Source of the DNA: a virus | Virus record (IMG/VR): IMGVR_UViG_3300032006_002642 | Strand: one strand, 5' to 3' | DNA length: 6,185 nucleotides | Part shown: piece after piece, positions 4,775 to 6,185 of the stretch | Layout: the number at the start of each line of letters is the position of its first letter | Position numbering within the stretch: position 1 is the stretch's first letter | Translations under genes and position numbers: made by a program | The notes under the pieces: generated by a model | Databases searched by the model: none | Told to the model about the DNA's origin: nothing | Seen by the model: the letters and a program-made list of their open reading frames with translations, nothing else

Positions 4775-5122
4775 ATGTTGGTACAAATGGGCCTGTGCAA
4801 AGGCATCGCATCCAAAGAAAAGATGAATGGCATCATCGAACATTACCTAGTGCTGACTGCTCTTGGGCGTGACCAGTTCGGCCAAGAAACTGAACAGTCG
4901 GTCGGCCTCAAAGTCTCTAAGCGTCAACTTGATAGCGGCATCGAGAACGCATATAAGGCGTACATCGGCAAACAAGTTGCCGTCCCCGTATATGCCAAAG
5001 CGTGGAAGTCCAAAACAGGCACCGCTTTCGGCATGGACCTTTGGCTTTCCGATGACGGCCTGCCAGTTCCTGTGCAGCGCGTTCAACCGCGCCCGGCTGC
5101 TGTTGCAGCAGGCGCTAACTGA
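4775..5122 (+). CDS. Putative ssDNA-binding protein (g5p / RstB position), 115 aa
   Basis: GAGG (4762-4765) lies 9 nt upstream of the ATG. The gene lies between the replication gene and the coat-protein cluster, where inoviruses encode their ssDNA-binding protein. I recognise no sequence similarity, so this is a positional call. Confidence 0.5.
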   Translation: MLVQMGLCKGIASKEKMNGIIEHYLVLTALGRDQFGQETEQSVGLKVSKRQLDSGIENAYKAYIGKQVAVPVYAKAWKSKTGTAFGMDLWLSDDGLPVPVQRVQPRPAAVAAGAN

Positions 5123-5334
5123 TGTATTTGCTCGCGTGCGATGGTAGTTGGAAAACTTCGCCGGATGGCTACTTGTCCTGTGTTGGAACTCTTACTGCCA
5201 TCGAGCGCGACGAATTAGGCCATTCCGGCCTAACCCCTGAAGATATACCGGTACTTACCGGCCAAGCGCTGATTCTGTTCGCGGTTGTCTTCGGGATTCT
5301 TGCAATAAAAAAAGCTCTTTCAACCCGCACATAG
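5122..5334 (+). CDS. Small membrane protein, 70 aa, with a C-terminal transmembrane helix (minor virion / assembly protein position)
   Basis: The start overlaps the upstream stop (TGATG). The C-terminal hydrophobic helix ALILFAVVFGILAI is followed by KK. The gene lies immediately upstream of the major coat gene. Confidence 0.5.
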   Translation: MYLLACDGSWKTSPDGYLSCVGTLTAIERDELGHSGLTPEDIPVLTGQALILFAVVFGILAIKKALSTRT

Positions 5335-5345
5335 GAGTGCATCTC

Positions 5346-5534
5346 ATGCAAAAGCTTAAAGCTCTGTTCGCCGCTGGTTCCGCCCTTGCTGCTGGCTCGG
5401 CCTTCGCCGAAGTTCCGGCTGGTGTTACTGAAGCAATTACCGCAGCCGGTACTGATGCCGCTGTGATCGGCGGTGCTGTTCTGGTCGTTCTGATCGGCAT
5501 TGCTGCGTTCAAGTACATGCGCCGCGCGATGTAA
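5346..5534 (+). CDS. Major coat protein precursor (g8p-like), 62 aa: 21-aa signal peptide plus 41-aa mature protein
   Basis: AGGAG (5333-5337) lies 8 nt before the ATG at 5346. The signal peptide MQKLKALFAAGSALAAGSAFA ends in an AxA cleavage motif. The mature EVPAGVTEAITAAGTDAAVIGGAVLVVLIGIAAFKYMRRAM has an acidic N-terminus, a hydrophobic core and a basic C-terminus, the classic inovirus coat layout. A strong terminator follows, as after Ff gene VIII. Confidence 0.85.
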   Translation: MQKLKALFAAGSALAAGSAFAEVPAGVTEAITAAGTDAAVIGGAVLVVLIGIAAFKYMRRAM

Positions 5535-5552
5535 TCGACCCGCTGTGCAATC

Positions 5553-5586
5553 AAGGGGCTCGGGTCAAACCGCGCCCCTTTTTTAT
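5553..5586 (+). terminator. Rho-independent terminator downstream of the major coat gene
   Basis: AAGGGGC-t-CG [ggtcaaac] CG-c-GCCCCTT is followed by a T run (5579-5584) and then ATT. Confidence 0.75.
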
Positions 5587-5601
5587 TGGGAGAAGTGAAA
5601 G

Positions 5602-5673
5602 ATGGGGGCGACAGAGTATGCGGTTATTGTCATTACGCTTGCTTTTTGGGCTTTGTTTTTCGGTCGTATTTAG
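5602..5673 (+). CDS. Speculative 23-aa hydrophobic ORF (MGATEYAVIVITLAFWALFFGRI) overlapping the g3p start in another frame
   Basis: GGGAG (5588-5592) lies 9 nt upstream of the ATG at 5602. The product has an acidic N-terminus, a hydrophobic helix and a basic end, like g7p. It overlaps the T-rich signal-peptide coding region of g3p, which yields hydrophobic peptides in any frame, so this may be an artefact. Confidence 0.2.
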   Translation: MGATEYAVIVITLAFWALFFGRI

Positions 5674-6185
5674 CTTTGTGCCATTTGGCTATGTCTATGC
5701 TGTTACCTATACATGGACTGTACAGGAGTCTCCGTATAGTAAAGGCGCTAGTCCAAACGCCGCATGTAGTGCTTTCCTCGCCACAAAGCAAAATAAATAC
5801 TATATCTATGGTTTGACGATGACTTCTGAAGCAGGTGCTCAGTGTAAATATGGACCGAATCCGGCTGACTTCTTCTTTAACGTCTATATCAGTCGCAGCG
5901 GTGATTCTTGCCAGTCGGGCCATACATACAATCCTGCTAATGGTGTCTGTGTCCCTGACCCAGCTTTGCCTACTGAAGATCAGTGTCTTGCGGGTGGACC
6001 CGGTATCTTTTCTAAATCCGGTGTGGTGATTTCTTCCAACGGCAACAATTACGTTGCTGTTTCCGGTGGTGGTTCTGTTTGTTACGGTCAGTGTACGCAT
6101 TCGCTCAGCGATCGCGCAGCTAGCTGCTACAGCTCGGGCGAGGGTACAGGCTTTTGTAACTACGTCGGCACACCGACCGGAGAGG
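5618..6185 (+). CDS. g3p-like minor coat / host-adsorption protein, 5' portion (the CDS runs off the window end and continues at position 1; 461 aa in total on the circle)
   Basis: The ATG at 5618 opens a frame with no stop through 6185. The N-terminus MRLLSLRLLFGLCFSVVFSFVPFGYVYA/VTYTW looks like a Sec signal peptide. The mature part is Cys-rich, as in g3p N-domains. The gene sits directly after the coat gene and its terminator, as in Ff. It is absent from the ORF track only because it has no stop inside the window. Confidence 0.8.
   Translation, partial: MRLLSLRLLFGLCFSVVFSFVPFGYVYAVTYTWTVQESPYSKGASPNAACSAFLATKQNKYYIYGLTMTSEAGAQCKYGPNPADFFFNVYISRSGDSCQSGHTYNPANGVCVPDPALPTEDQCLAGGPGIFSKSGVVISSNGNNYVAVSGGGSVCYGQCTHSLSDRAASCYSSGEGTGFCNYVGTPTGE
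6059..6185. repeat. Terminal redundancy, right copy (identical to 1-127)
   Basis: Same as the left copy. The reading frame from 5618 continues seamlessly from 6058 into position 1. Confidence 0.95.

Larger units (their letters stand above)
1..6058 (+). mobile_element. Complete circular genome unit (6058 bp) of a small filamentous inovirus-like phage
   Basis: There is an exact 127-nt terminal duplication (1-127 = 6059-6185). A full inovirus gene set is present (Rep, small membrane proteins, signal-peptide coat protein, Gly-rich g3p, g6p-like, Zot/g1p), almost all on one strand. Four junctions overlap stop and start: TAATG 943-947, TGATG 1251-1255, ATGA 4673-4676, TGATG 5120-5124. Confidence 0.9.

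Noticed and set aside
3332-4872. Multiple overlapping ORFs on both strands inside the replication gene (3332-3679, 3385-3684, 3408-3716, 3792-4184, 3931-4296, 4218-4514, 4348-4872)
   Set aside because: All overlap a frame with end-to-end similarity to Ff gpII, and their products are Arg/Ser/Pro-rich off-frame sequences.
4847-5554. Minus-strand ORFs 4847-5086, 5169-5351 and 5255-5554, and + ORF 4863-5147, overlapping the ssDNA-binding-position, 70-aa and coat genes
   Set aside because: They are antisense or off-frame to translationally coupled + strand genes, lack start signals and have biased composition.
5586-5816. 76-aa TTG-initiated + strand ORF overlapping the g3p start
   Set aside because: It has a non-ATG start inside the terminator T-tract and is out of frame with a gene that has a clear signal peptide. 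Its Cys/Leu/Phe-rich sequence is explained by the T-rich signal-peptide coding region.
5633-6100. 155-aa minus-strand ORF opposite the g3p N-terminal region, notable because long open frames are less expected in about 46 percent GC DNA
   Set aside because: It is codon-aligned antisense to g3p and stays open only because g3p uses no TTA, CTA or TCA codons between 5636 and 6100. It has no ribosome-binding site and its product is Thr/Arg/Ser-rich. It might be worth a conservation check, but there is no positive evidence.

Overview
The window is one complete, circularly permuted genome of a small filamentous ssDNA phage (inovirus-like). Bases 1-127 are repeated exactly at 6059-6185, so the unit length is 6058 bp. 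Every convincing gene except one lies on the + strand. In circular order they are: a g3p-like adsorption protein (starts at 5618, crosses the junction, ends at 945), a g6p-like protein (945-1253), a Zot/g1p assembly ATPase (1253-2446), a pair of inverted dif-like sites (2451-2541), a 76-aa orphan ORF (2533-2763), a hairpin-rich intergenic region with an Ff-like (+) origin (about 2800-3060), a small divergent repressor-like gene on the minus strand (3074-3286), a repeat-rich divergent control region (3287-3413), an Ff gene II-type rolling-circle initiator (3414-4676) with a likely in-frame gene X-like product, a 28-aa hydrophobic ORF, a g5p/RstB-position protein (4775-5122), a 70-aa membrane protein (5122-5334), and a signal-peptide-bearing major coat protein (5346-5534) followed by a strong terminator. 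No integrase and no secretin (g4p) are encoded. The points most worth a second look are: the inverted dif-like pair, which could fold into a CTXphi-style ssDNA attP for host XerCD; the orphan ORF, which sits in the cargo slot with its start codon inside that site; the Ff-like origin and Rep combined with a lysogeny-type switch; and a low-GC, possibly swapped, receptor-binding end of g3p. All homology statements rest on reading the sequence and recalling reference sequences. No database search was run.
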